64,000 nt of DNA from Myxococcales bacterium (GCA_016794365.1 JAEUKB010000025.1:180693-244692), one strand, 5' to 3'; positions 19,742-29,977 are shown, counted from the stretch's first letter. Made by a program: numbers and translations. The notes: generated from the sequence alone by a model not told the origin.

Positions 19742-20518
19742 CTAGCGGCGATCGGCTCCGTGCTGCTCCAGGCTGCGAAGGATCTGCTCCACTTCCTCGG
19801 AGGGCCAGCGGTGCTGATAGTCGCGCAGCAGCAGGCGGGCCTCATGCAGCCGTCCGGTGGTCAGCGCCGACACCGCCAGATCCAGTCGCTGCGCTTTGAG
19901 CGCGCTCTCTTCACTGCGCGAGAGCTGGACCCTGGCCCGCTGCTCTTTGATGATCCCAACCCCAAACAGCGCCAGTCCCAGCCCGCACAGGCCGCCGATG
20001 ATGCCGACCACAAACGGGTAGTACAGCCGCTGGCGTCGTACCTCTGTGGATCGCAGGGGCAGCGGTGGCGGCATGGGCCGCACCTCGGTCAGTGGCGCAA
20101 GCGGCGTCGCTTGACCCGGCTCCGGCAGCAGCAAGAGCCCACTGTGTCGCGCGGGCGCTGGGTTTCGTGGTGACGTGCTCTGCTCGGGCCGGGGCCGCTC
20201 CGGGTCTTGTCCCAGAAAGCCAAGCTGTGGCAGCGCCTGGGTCGGCTGGTTGAGCAGCGGCGGAATGTGGGTGGACTCTTCCCAGGGACTTGTTGCCGAC
20301 AGCACATCCGGTGGCGCGGTGGGTCGCTGTGCCTGTTGGCCCTGCGTCTGGGTCTGTTCTTCAAACGAATCGAGCGGCGCTGGCGACTCGGGATGCAGCG
20401 GCTCTGGACCGAGCAGCGCAATGCCAAACGCGCTCGCCGCGTGCTCCGCTTCGTACAGCGTCGGCTCTTCTTGAAAGGCCCGGCGCGCAGCGTCAGCCTG
20501 TGGGTTTCCGACCTTCAT
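19742..20518 (-). CDS. Hypothetical proline-rich protein with a single TM anchor
   Basis: ORF with Pro/Gln-rich N-region, TM VVGIIGGLCGLGLALFGVGII and a helical C-tail. Start uncertain (20518 or 20572). Confidence 0.35.
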   Translation of the reverse strand: MKVGNPQADAARRAFQEEPTLYEAEHAASAFGIALLGPEPLHPESPAPLDSFEEQTQTQGQQAQRPTAPPDVLSATSPWEESTHIPPLLNQPTQALPQLGFLGQDPERPRPEQSTSPRNPAPARHSGLLLLPEPGQATPLAPLTEVRPMPPPLPLRSTEVRRQRLYYPFVVGIIGGLCGLGLALFGVGIIKEQRARVQLSRSEESALKAQRLDLAVSALTTGRLHEARLLLRDYQHRWPSEEVEQILRSLEQHGADRR

Positions 20519-20617
20519 GGCGGCCAGACTGTAGCAGCAGCGACCCCAGGCTGTGCAACAAGGACCAGGCACACAAGGCGCTTTTGCGAGGCAGGTTGCC
20601 GTGATAGCCTAACCTTG

Positions 20618-21688
20618 GTGTCAAAGCGTCCGCCGCTCCTTGGCTATAACCATAACGTCCGCCACGCTGGACGGCTGTTTCACGTCCAGACGGAGGACTC
20701 GGGACCGGCTCGTCCGGTTCTTTCTACTCACCTCTTCATCGAGGGGACCATCCTTTCGTCCCAGCGGACCACCTATCCGCTGGAAGAGCCGGAGACGGTC
20801 ACCCAGAAGCGGATGCAAGAGCAGCACAAGAACATGCTCAAGCGTCTGCGCGATGGGCAGTTCGATCAGCTACCAGAAGTCCAGCGGCATCCCCCTGGCA
20901 AAGGGCTGGATCATGCTGCGCCGACAGCCGCTGCGGGCGCGGGCAACACCCAAAAGACGGCAGTGCCTCCGGCTGCGCAGGAGCTATCCCCCAAAGAGAC
21001 GGGATCTTCACCGATCTTGTCCCCCGTTCCGCCGCCGCCTTCTGGGATTGGATCCGGGACGGGCGCACTGGCCGAGCGCCTGCGCAAGCTGAGTGCAGGG
21101 ACCGCCGCTGCGCAGGCTGCTTCTGCCAGACCGGCAGCTTCCGATAGCAAGGTCGTGATCTCGCCGGATCTGATATCCGGTGTCGATGACGCGGTGGTAG
21201 AGATCGAAGCCGCTGCCGACGATGACGAACCGGCGGTGACGTTTGAGGCTGAGGCCGACGACGAGGACATGATGAGCCAGAACACGCCGCTGCCCAAGGC
21301 ACGGCCACTGGCTCAGCTCGATGAAGACAACACCGCGCAGTTTGGCGCCAGCCAGATGCCGGTGGTCAACCTGCCGCCGTCACTGTCTCGCTCGATGGCA
21401 CCCCCTGCGGTGATGCCCGCCCCGGTGCAGCGCTCGATCCCGACCTACAGCATCCCGCCTGAGCTGTTTAAGCCACGGCCTACGGCGGAAGGTGTGACGA
21501 TCAAGCGCTCTCCGCCTGTGCCGATTCAGCGCGCCCCGAGCGACCCGATTCGTACGACCATGGTTCGGGCCCGTCCGACCCGACCTGCTCCGCTGGCCCC
21601 CGCGCTGCGGCCCGGCCAGACCTTGCCGCCCGACAGTCCCTTCGATGCCGAGCTGCTCGCCTATCTGGCGCGCGGATCCAGCCGCTAG
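20618..21688 (+). CDS. Hypothetical Pro/Ala-rich protein
   Basis: Track ORF 20207-21688 overlaps the divergent gene. Plausible GTG/TTG start near 20615-20618 (LVSKRPPLLGYNHNVRHAGRLFHVQTEDSG...). Acidic tract DDDEPAVTFEAEADDED. Confidence 0.35.
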   Translation: MSKRPPLLGYNHNVRHAGRLFHVQTEDSGPARPVLSTHLFIEGTILSSQRTTYPLEEPETVTQKRMQEQHKNMLKRLRDGQFDQLPEVQRHPPGKGLDHAAPTAAAGAGNTQKTAVPPAAQELSPKETGSSPILSPVPPPPSGIGSGTGALAERLRKLSAGTAAAQAASARPAASDSKVVISPDLISGVDDAVVEIEAAADDDEPAVTFEAEADDEDMMSQNTPLPKARPLAQLDEDNTAQFGASQMPVVNLPPSLSRSMAPPAVMPAPVQRSIPTYSIPPELFKPRPTAEGVTIKRSPPVPIQRAPSDPIRTTMVRARPTRPAPLAPALRPGQTLPPDSPFDAELLAYLARGSSR

Positions 21689-21736
21689 GCCGATCGGTCC
21701 TTCCCCCGTCCTTAGCCCGCAGTCCGCCACTTACAG

Positions 21737-22010
21737 AGGGTCCAGACCCTTGTGAAAGTGGGCAGCGAGGCGTTCGCGCGTGGTCCAGACCCATGTGAAA
21801 GTGGATGACGAGGAGTGAGCGCAGGGTGGCGACCCTTGTGAAAGTGGATGACGAGGAGTGAGCGCAGGGTCCAGACCCATGTGAAAGTGGATGACGAGGC
21901 GTGAGCGCAGGGTCCAGACCCATGTGAAAGTGGATGACGAGGAGTGAGCGCAGGGTCCAGACCCATGTGAAAGTGGATGACGAGGAGTGAGCGCAGGGTC
22001 CAGACCCTGG
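21737..22010. repeat. 43-bp tandem repeat (GGTCCAGACCCATGTGAAAGTGGATGACGAGGAGTGAGCGCAG) ~6.5 copies
   Basis: Directly read head-to-tail copies with a few substitutions (C/T at pos 11, gggcagc/ggatgac, gcg/gag). Lies between two convergent gene ends (21688 and 22037). Confidence 0.9.
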
Positions 22011-22036
22011 CGGTGCAGTTTGGGCGGGGATGGGCG

Positions 22037-25000
22037 CTAAAACAGCGGCGTGTGGGTGCGTTCGACGGTCTGTAGAAGCTGCTGGGAGCGGGACAGCAGG
22101 TCTTCTACGCCGCGCTCGGTCAGCCCAAGGAGCAGCCATGGACCGTCCGTTTCACGTTCGGGGGTCAGGTAGCGCCCCGGTCCCAGCTCGCGGAGTCCGG
22201 GCTGACCCTGAAGGGGCCGACCGACAAAGCGGGCCAGGCGCGGCTCTGTCTGCGGAGAAGGCACCGCCCGACCCGAGCGCAGGTCCACCGCCGCCACCAG
22301 ATACAGCTCGTGAGCCAGCGCGGAGCGCGGAAGCTGAGCCAGGCGCGTCAGGGTCTTGGCAGACAGCGCGGGCGGTACAAGGTGCTGCGGGGACAGCTCG
22401 GCAAGCGGCTGCCAGTCAGGGTCCGCATCTTGGGAGTAGTAGGGCAGGCCATCGAGCGACCGTCCGTTGTCGATGCTGTAGATCCGGAACGGCGCAAGGG
22501 GCTGCCACAGGAAGTTGTCTGCGTAGTTGGCATCGCCATGCGCGATCAGGACCAGGAACGCAAAGAGATCGGCCATGGCCTGCCGGTAGCTGTGGTCGAT
22601 GCGGAAGCGCTCGGGGTTCCACAGCTCGCCCTGGAAGCGCTGCGGCAGCTCGGCGTCTTCGATCCAGTCTGTCAGCGCACCGAGCACCAGGTGATCGTTG
22701 TGCTCGGGGAAGGTCGCCGGGATGTCCGCGCCGATGATTCGGGGCACATTCCGGCAGGCGCGGTCACAGGGGACGTTGCGGTGAAAGGCGCGAAGCACCA
22801 CTTCCGGTACGAGCTGACGGGCGGGCTCATCGGGCCACAGGAAGCGATCGATGCGGCGGGCGGCCAGCTCACAGCGCGGGGCGTTGTTGCCTTCGACGCC
22901 GTCCTGCTGCTCACTGGCGTGCGGTCCCAGCGGCTTCCACTTGGCCGTAAGCGTGCAGGCCCGTTCGCTGTCCGCCGCCGGGCAGGGCGACCGCACGAGC
23001 GAGAGCTGATACACCGACGGACTCACCGGCCTGGCTGCGGAGAGCGTCAGATCCTGGGCCAGCAGCGTGTCTGGGCTCTGCGCAGGGCGTGGGGACGGGG
23101 GCGACAGCCGGGACAGATACAGCGCTTCTGCGGGCAGCTTCTGGGCGGAAGGGGATGCTGGCTCTGAAGACAGGACATAGACCGGACGGCCTTGCGCAAG
23201 TGCGTGCTCGATGTCCTGTACGCTGCGGGTCGGGGTGTAAAAGTGCAGGCTGAGCTGGGTCAGGTGCTCGGTCTGCTGTAGCTCTTGCGGGGTCTTGCCC
23301 AGGTAGCTTTGCACCTGCGGTGTGCGCTTCGTATAGAGCTGGAAGTACGACCCAAGCAGGCGATCCTCGACCAGGATGTCGGCAGCGGGCGGAAGCCACA
23401 GATCCAGCCACAGCACCAGGTCTTTGAGAGGCATCGTCGGGCGCTCGGTCTGATTCAGATAGGCGGCGACTCGATCGGCCTTGTCGGCGGCTGCACGCTG
23501 CCGCTGACCCAGCCCAACGCCCAGCAGGGCAACCAGCAGGGCTGCCACGGTCTTGCGCCATAGCAGGTGCCGTGGGCCGGACAACAGCCCGACCGCACCG
23601 AGCAGCAGCAGACACAGAGACGCCGGGGCAAAGGACTCTGGGTTTCTGGGCTCAAAGAAGAAGAAGTGCCCAAAGAGGAGCAGCGGCCACGCGAGCAGTC
23701 GCCAGCCCACGGCGGGCAGGGACCGCACAGCCTGCTGGCCCAGCAGAAGCGCCCCCAGCGCGCTGAGCCCCGCTTCCCAGGCCGTCACAGGGTCAGTCGG
23801 TTCCCCCAGCAGCCAGCAGCGCAGCCCGTGATAGCAGTCGAGCAGCCGCAGCGGCACGCTGGGCGGCACGGACAGAAACTCGCCAGAGAGGTGATACTCC
23901 AGGTAGTAGCGCACAAGCCCTGCGCCGCTGCGGACCTGACCCGGACCGATCGCCAGCCACAGCAGAAACGGACCGAGCAGCGCAGAGGCGGTCAGCACGA
24001 TGCGGAGCTGGGCGTAGAGCAGCCCTTTTTTGGGCCTGTGCAGCAGCAGATCGCACAAAAGCCAGACAAACAGCAGCCCACAGAGCAGGTGAACGAGCGT
24101 CGCCAAGGCCAGAAGCATGCCCAAGATGAGCTGCTGCGCGTGGGCCGAGCGCCGGGAGAAGGCAGGCAGGCCCAGGTCGAGCAGCCCGCGATGGTCCAAG
24201 TACAGGAACAGAAACAGGCTGGCTGCCAGCTGCATGGACTCCTTTTCCTGTCCGCACAGCACCAGCTGCCAGCGTCCAGCGGCGAGCAGGTAGACGAGCG
24301 CAGCAAGGGCCGCTGGGAGTGCTCGCTGGGAGGTCGGTGGCGCAAGGGCAGAGACCACCCGCACAAGCAGCGCGATGTTTCCGCCCAGGCAGAGCGACTC
24401 TCGCAGCAGCACTGCGTGGAGCGGGTCATCGGTCAGCAGCCGAAGCGGCGCGGTCAGCGGGATGATGAGCGGATGCGCAAAGAACAGCCAGTCGGCGAGC
24501 GGCGCTGTCTGTCCCCGGTGCAGCACAGAGGCGGTCATCAGCGCGTCCCACTGCGGGTCCGAGCCGAAGCGAAAGCAGAGCTGTAGCACGGCGGCGAGCG
24601 ATCCAAGGAGCACGGCGGGCCCAAGCGGGGACCGAGGCGAGCCCAGGCGGCGCGCCAGCCAGTGACCCAGCAGCGTCACCGGCCACAGAAGCGGTGCAGC
24701 AAGGAGCAGCAGCGCGCTGGCGGTCAGGATGCCGAGCACAAAGCCGTTGTTTTCATGGAAGAACAGCGCGGCGGGGCTTGGCGCATGCTGACCCCTGCGT
24801 GCCAGAAACAGGCCGCCATAGCCACCGGCACAGAGCGCCGTTGTCATCACCAGGAGCTGTGGCAGGCGCGCAAACGGGGCGTACTCGGTGACAAGCGCGG
24901 TGACCACCAGCAACAGCTGCGTCAGCAGGGACAGTGCGTGCTCGGTTCGCTGACCGCAGGGGGACACTTGGACACAGGCGAAGCGTCCGGCCCAGGTTGC

Positions 25001-25171
25001 AGCGAGCAGACCGCCAAGCAGCCAGCACAGGACGACGACAAACCAGGCGGTGCTGCTGGCAGACAGGCCGCGCATCGCCACAAAGCCCAGCAGGACCTGG
25101 GTGCAGGCCAGGGCAAAGCCGGTCACAAACGGCTCACCTTGGCGCTGGGCTGGGGACGTGGGCGGGCTCAT
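22037..25171 (-). CDS. Large polytopic membrane protein (>12 TM) with ~450-aa C-terminal soluble domain; possible glycosyltransferase/ligase-like
   Basis: 1044-aa ORF with numerous hydrophobic helices in the first ~560 aa and a hydrophilic C-terminal half. No family-defining motif recognised. Confidence 0.5.
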   Translation of the reverse strand: MSPPTSPAQRQGEPFVTGFALACTQVLLGFVAMRGLSASSTAWFVVVLCWLLGGLLAATWAGRFACVQVSPCGQRTEHALSLLTQLLLVVTALVTEYAPFARLPQLLVMTTALCAGGYGGLFLARRGQHAPSPAALFFHENNGFVLGILTASALLLLAAPLLWPVTLLGHWLARRLGSPRSPLGPAVLLGSLAAVLQLCFRFGSDPQWDALMTASVLHRGQTAPLADWLFFAHPLIIPLTAPLRLLTDDPLHAVLLRESLCLGGNIALLVRVVSALAPPTSQRALPAALAALVYLLAAGRWQLVLCGQEKESMQLAASLFLFLYLDHRGLLDLGLPAFSRRSAHAQQLILGMLLALATLVHLLCGLLFVWLLCDLLLHRPKKGLLYAQLRIVLTASALLGPFLLWLAIGPGQVRSGAGLVRYYLEYHLSGEFLSVPPSVPLRLLDCYHGLRCWLLGEPTDPVTAWEAGLSALGALLLGQQAVRSLPAVGWRLLAWPLLLFGHFFFFEPRNPESFAPASLCLLLLGAVGLLSGPRHLLWRKTVAALLVALLGVGLGQRQRAAADKADRVAAYLNQTERPTMPLKDLVLWLDLWLPPAADILVEDRLLGSYFQLYTKRTPQVQSYLGKTPQELQQTEHLTQLSLHFYTPTRSVQDIEHALAQGRPVYVLSSEPASPSAQKLPAEALYLSRLSPPSPRPAQSPDTLLAQDLTLSAARPVSPSVYQLSLVRSPCPAADSERACTLTAKWKPLGPHASEQQDGVEGNNAPRCELAARRIDRFLWPDEPARQLVPEVVLRAFHRNVPCDRACRNVPRIIGADIPATFPEHNDHLVLGALTDWIEDAELPQRFQGELWNPERFRIDHSYRQAMADLFAFLVLIAHGDANYADNFLWQPLAPFRIYSIDNGRSLDGLPYYSQDADPDWQPLAELSPQHLVPPALSAKTLTRLAQLPRSALAHELYLVAAVDLRSGRAVPSPQTEPRLARFVGRPLQGQPGLRELGPGRYLTPERETDGPWLLLGLTERGVEDLLSRSQQLLQTVERTHTPLF

Positions 25172-25179
25172 ATCGGTGG

Positions 25180-26757
25180 CTACTCCGGGGCGTAGACCTG
25201 GCGCGCCAGCAGCAGGACGCCGAGGAGATCCCGGTCAGACAGCGGACGCACCGCCCGGATCAGGCGTCGGACATGGGTATCGGGGAACAGCTCGACCGCA
25301 CTGGATGGATCGCGCTCGGCCAGGGTCTGTGCCACCTGCTCTTTGGAAAACGGCAGCTTGCTGGCGGCGTACAGGACGGGCAGACCGACGGCGCTGCTGT
25401 CTACCACCAGGAGTTCGGCAAAGACCTGGGCGGCGGACTGGGCGATGCGCTGGGCCAGCGGCTCGGACAGGGCTTCACACAGGCTGAGCGCCACCACGCC
25501 ACCCGGTGCCAGGTGCTGGGCGACCTGCCGGTAGAAGGTCGGGGTGTGAAGCAGTGCGGTCGCGATCCGATAGGGTGCAGGGACATCCAGGACGATCAGG
25601 TCAAAGCGGGCCGTGCTGTGGGCGAGCGCATGGCGCGCATCGTCGATGGTCAGCGTGATGTCGTGCGGTGCCAGGCGATGGATCGGGGCGAAGTGGGTAA
25701 AGCCGAGCGCTGCGACGCGGGCATCCAGCTCGATGACCTGGACGCGATAGCCCAGCCGGTGCAGCCGAGCCGCTGAAGAGAAGCTGCCGCTGCCAACGAC
25801 CAGAGCGGTTCCCTGGGTCGGGCGCAGCGCGCCGGGGACTTCCGCCAGCAGGACAGAGAATGCGTCGAGCGAGCCGGAGCGATAGAACGGTACGCCATCG
25901 AGAAACAAGGCCGTCTCTGCGCCGTCGGCTACGATGTCAATGCGCTGATGGGGGGAGTAGTCGCTGGCGCGGAGCGTGGGGGCCTGTAACCCGTGAACGC
26001 GGTGGTAGTAGGCGGCTGTGACCTGCTGATCCAGCGTGGGGCCTAGGCCGATGAGGGCCGCCGAGCCGCTGAGTGCGACCAGCGCGACCCAGCGACCGTA
26101 GCGAAGCTGGGCCAGCACGACCGGAACCAGCAGGTAGCCCGCGCGCAGCAGCAGATAGGACGGCATCAGCGCGAGGCAGCACAGGACCAGCAAGGCTCCA
26201 CCCAGCTCGGCGGCATACAAGCGGGGCAGTGAGTCGCTGTGGGCATACAGCGGCAAGAGCACCGCGTAGTAGCCACACGGGATCATGATGAGGACGGCAG
26301 CAGTCAGCAGGGCCCAGCCGGGATGCGCGGGGCCAAGCCAGGTGCTGGCGATGCGGATGCTCCATGGCAGCGCCAGATGGGACAGCAGGGCCAGCAGCGC
26401 CCACAGGTTCTCTCCGATGCCGCTGGGCGAGAGCCGACTGCCGAGCGCGTAGCCGATGCTTGGACCGAGCAAGGTGATGAGCGTGGCCAGCAGCAGCGAC
26501 AGCTCGGTGACAAAGAACGTCGAGCCCAGCTCGCGCGCGGCGATGTACTGACAGGCAAACAGGGCTGCGCCACCGCTGGCCAGCACGGCGGACGAACGGA
26601 GTCCGCGTAAAAGGGGCAGGGGAAGAGGCAAAGCCGAGGACACAGCAGCTTTGCACAATAACACAGTCGCTACGCGGGCTTTGGCCGAAACGACGGAGCT
26701 AGCGGGGCTGTCCGTAGAAGGTGCCGCGACCGTTGGTGCCGATGTAGACGCGACCAA
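25180..26757 (-). CDS. Membrane-bound spermidine synthase-like (class I SAM-dependent aminopropyl/methyl-transferase fold) protein
   Basis: N-terminal multi-TM domain, then ALVVGSGSFSSAARLHRLGYRVQVIELDARV and DLIVLDVPAPY (spermidine-synthase-like Rossmann motifs). Adjacent to and co-oriented with 22037-25171. Confidence 0.55.
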   Translation of the reverse strand: MVASTSAPTVAAPSTDSPASSVVSAKARVATVLLCKAAVSSALPLPLPLLRGLRSSAVLASGGAALFACQYIAARELGSTFFVTELSLLLATLITLLGPSIGYALGSRLSPSGIGENLWALLALLSHLALPWSIRIASTWLGPAHPGWALLTAAVLIMIPCGYYAVLLPLYAHSDSLPRLYAAELGGALLVLCCLALMPSYLLLRAGYLLVPVVLAQLRYGRWVALVALSGSAALIGLGPTLDQQVTAAYYHRVHGLQAPTLRASDYSPHQRIDIVADGAETALFLDGVPFYRSGSLDAFSVLLAEVPGALRPTQGTALVVGSGSFSSAARLHRLGYRVQVIELDARVAALGFTHFAPIHRLAPHDITLTIDDARHALAHSTARFDLIVLDVPAPYRIATALLHTPTFYRQVAQHLAPGGVVALSLCEALSEPLAQRIAQSAAQVFAELLVVDSSAVGLPVLYAASKLPFSKEQVAQTLAERDPSSAVELFPDTHVRRLIRAVRPLSDRDLLGVLLLARQVYAPE

Positions 26758-28446
26758 AGACGCGAGGGTCGGCTTCCATCACCATCGCTTGGTCGCCGAT
26801 GGGCTGACTGGGGCTGTCGATGCGTAGGTAGCTGTGGCCGAGATCGTCGCTGCGGAAGATGCCAGAGACTCCGCGCACGACGCCATAGACAAACAGGGTG
26901 GACTGGCTGCTGTCGGGGGCGGGACGACCGAGCGCAAAGAGCTGGCAGTAGTCGATGCCCGCGACTGGGTGAAACGACAGCCCGGCGTCATCGGAGCGCC
27001 ACAGTCCGTTTTCGGCCAGACAGACAAAGACCTGTCCGCGCACTCCAGGTGAGGTCTTGACCGAGGGGCCGGGCAGTCCGCTGCGGTTGTCAAAGGGGGG
27101 CGCGGCCAGCTGGGCGGTCTGCTGAAAGTGCTGGCCACCATCGCTGCTGACGAAAAACGCACCCTGGTGAAACAGGTAGAACAGGGCCGATGAGGTGCGG
27201 TCGGACGCCAGGGGATGGGTGTAGTCCCAGCGGTCACTGATGGCGTTTTTGGGGGCTCCTTGGCTGGGCTTCCAGGTCTGGCCGCCATCGCTGGTGAAGT
27301 AGGGGATCGCGCCTTGGGGCACCCACACCGCGCGCTGACAGTCGCTGCCGGAGAGGACGATGCGGCCATTGCGAGCCTTGGCAAAGGGCAGGGTGGCAAA
27401 GGGCGCAAAGGAAGTGGCTCCGTCTTGCGAGCGAGCCCCTCGGAACGGACCGCCGCGCTCTTCGCCGACGCGCATCACCACGCTGGGGTTTGACTCGCAG
27501 AAGTCGAGCCCGGTGGTGTCGCCGTCTTCACCTTTGGGTCCAATCATGCGGGTGAGGGGATAGGCATCGAGATCGTCATGGCGGAAGCCATCGACATCGG
27601 CCACCCCGCTGAGCAGCGGTGCCCCGGCGGGGGGACTGCGCAGGACAAACGGCTCGACTTCTTCATGGCCCGCCTGCATGGTGGACCAGACGGAGGGCAC
27701 TTGACGAACGTCATCGGTCTTCCACGTTCCGTAGTAGTCGGTCAAAAACACCCGACTGGGCCGGTGCGGATCGATGAGCAGAGAGGATGTGTGTCCGGTA
27801 AAGAAGCGCTGCGGCCACCACGGAACCTCTGCCTGGCGATACTCTTCCATAGACCATCGCTGCGTGAGCCGTAATAGAGCGTCTTGGGGAGGTTGGGATC
27901 GATGGCCAGGCGCTCTCCCACCCAGCGGAAGTTTTCGTTGCCACCGATTGCGACCGGGAGTCCGAGCTTGCGCCACGCTGCGCCGCCATCTTCGGAGCGG
28001 TACAGACCTGAAGGCAGCTTGAGCCACGGACGCGGCAGATACTTGCCAAGGGCGGCATACACGATCTGGGGATTTTCGGGATGGAGCGCGACGCTTTCGA
28101 CTCCGTACAGGTGCCAGTCTTTCTGGGGAAAGGAGTCGAGCAGCGGTACCCAGCGCTTGTCTGTGACGTGCCACTTGTACATTCCGCCGACATCGGTGCG
28201 GATGTAGATCTGGTCAGGCACCTTGGGATGCAAGATGATGCCGGTGACGTAGCCGCCGCCGCCCACCACGACAGAGCGCCAGGTGTAGTCGCTGGCTGGG
28301 GCGGACCGCTCGGTGTCAGGTTGTGGGGTCGGACTGGATGGCAAAAGCGCAGCACAGCTTGCGACAAGTGGCATAAGCAGAAGCGATGCGCGGCGGGCAC
28401 GGTCCGGGGCGCGCTCAAGCGGAGCGTTCACAGAGGAGACGAGCAT
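26699..28446 (-). pseudogene. GH74/BNR(Asp-box)-repeat glycoside hydrolase-like lipoprotein gene, split by a frameshift near 27750-27870
   Basis: N-terminal ORF (28446-27742) has a lipobox and WRSVVVGGGGYVTGIILHP, YRSEDGGAAW and RSDGLWKS. C-terminal ORF in another frame (27850-26699) continues with Asp-box repeats TSDGGQTW, SSDGGQHF, RSDDAGLSF and RSDDLGHSY. The two ORFs overlap by ~110 bp. Confidence 0.55.
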
Positions 28447-28495
28447 GCGCGCACTATGGCGCAGCTTGGGGGCGTTGGGGAGTGCGTACCGGACG

Positions 28496-29794
28496 CTAGG
28501 CGAGCTGAAAGAGCACCACCGGGGCTTCGCGGCCTTTGACCGTCACGGCGGGGAGTCGCTTGGCTGGGTATTCACCGGGTGGAAGCTGGGCGATGACTGC
28601 TTCGCTGGCCAGGATCTGGGCGTCGTGGACCTTGGTGAGCTGCTCAATGCGGGAGGCGAGGTTCACGGTGTCGCCGATGACGGTGTACTCTCTGCGCAGG
28701 GACGAGCCGACGCTGCCGGTGATGACATCGCCTGCGTGCAGGCCGATGCCGATGCGGGTGGGCGGGATCTGACCTGTGCGGGTGAGCTGGTGAACCTCGG
28801 CCTGAAGGTCGAGGGCGGCACGAACGGCGGACAGGCAGTGGTTTTCCGCAGGAAGAGGGGCTCCGAAGACGGCGAGAAAGCCGTCGCCCAAGAACTTGTT
28901 GATGATGCCGCCATGGCGATCCACCACCGCAACCAGCGGAGCAAACAGGGTGTTTAGGAAGGCGACCACTTCGCTGGGGGTTCGGGACTCTGAAAAGCGG
29001 GTGAAGTCGCGGATGTCGAGAAACAAGACGGTGACTTGGCGTAGCTCTGTGACCTGTCCGGCCTGTTCCGCGAGCAGTCGCTCTGCCACTTGGGGAGAGA
29101 CATGCTGGCCAAACATCGCCATGGTGCGGTCCCGCTCGACCACGACCTCGGCGGCGCGGATGATGCGGTGGCGTAGCGCGCGGCTGATGGTGGCGGCACC
29201 GAGTCCGCTGACAGCGAGGATTCCGCTGCGCAGATAGATGGGAAAGGGGGACAGAAACAGCGCGAGCGGACCACTGATGGGCTTTTGCAGAAGCAGCTTG
29301 GCCAGCGCGACATACTGCAAGGCAGCGACCAGCGCGACAAACAGAGAGACGCGCTCATCCAATCGCAGAATCGACACCATGGTCACCGCCAGATAGAGCA
29401 GCACGGGTGGCGCACTGAGTGCAAAGGCGGGACTTGATGCTCGTGCAATCAGCAAGAGCACCAGCGAGACGCCGCTTACCTCAATGAGGGAGTTGAGGAT
29501 GAGGTACAGACGCGGCAGCGCTTGTCCGCGCGCGATCTTGCGGTTCACATAATGCCGCGACAGCCAGCAGTAGATCGCAGCCAGCGCGGTGCCTTCACTG
29601 ACGATGGGGCTGATGGGAAGGAAGGCGCTGTTCTGCGCCCGGGACGCACTGGCTTTTAGAAACAGATACACCGCGATCGTCAGCGCAAAGCCGATGCTAA
29701 AGCCGACGGCCATCAGCGTGGCGCGGAGCCGTTCGGCTTGGACATACTCCAGCGCAAGCTGATCTTCGATCGCGCGCTGTCGTCCCTGATCCAT
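28496..29794 (-). CDS. Membrane-anchored class III adenylate/guanylate cyclase
   Basis: 6 predicted TM helices, then cyclase motifs VTVLFLDIRDFTRFSE, FLGDGFLAVFGAP, GLHAGDVITGSVG and YTVIGDTVNLASR. Confidence 0.8.
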   Translation of the reverse strand: MDQGRQRAIEDQLALEYVQAERLRATLMAVGFSIGFALTIAVYLFLKASASRAQNSAFLPISPIVSEGTALAAIYCWLSRHYVNRKIARGQALPRLYLILNSLIEVSGVSLVLLLIARASSPAFALSAPPVLLYLAVTMVSILRLDERVSLFVALVAALQYVALAKLLLQKPISGPLALFLSPFPIYLRSGILAVSGLGAATISRALRHRIIRAAEVVVERDRTMAMFGQHVSPQVAERLLAEQAGQVTELRQVTVLFLDIRDFTRFSESRTPSEVVAFLNTLFAPLVAVVDRHGGIINKFLGDGFLAVFGAPLPAENHCLSAVRAALDLQAEVHQLTRTGQIPPTRIGIGLHAGDVITGSVGSSLRREYTVIGDTVNLASRIEQLTKVHDAQILASEAVIAQLPPGEYPAKRLPAVTVKGREAPVVLFQLA

Positions 29795-29977
29795 GACCCA
29801 TCTTAGCGGCACGTAGCGCAGGGAGGGAATCGGCGAGACCGTGGGGAGAGCCGGGATCGTACTTTGCGCTTGGTGTGCGGACAGGTGCTCTTCAGCCTGC
29901 GGTGTCGGTGCCGATACGGGGGACGGTAGACAAGCCGACCGAACGCAGCGAAAATGGCAGGTCTTGGGAGGAATTGA

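Noticed and set aside
21737-22010. Tandem repeats considered as a possible CRISPR array
   Set aside because: The 43-bp units abut directly, with no unique spacers and no flanking leader or cas genes. It is a minisatellite, not CRISPR.
23567-24586. 339-aa ORF on the plus strand (plus several other 100-300-aa ORFs at 22030-25776)
   Set aside because: Antisense to or out of frame with the large membrane-protein genes. Arg/Gln-rich composition with no domain signatures.
25937-28174. Long minus-strand ORFs 25937-26656 and the 5' ~300 bp of ORF 26699-28174
   Set aside because: Alternative-frame read-throughs of real genes. Arg/Pro-rich junk upstream of the true frames.
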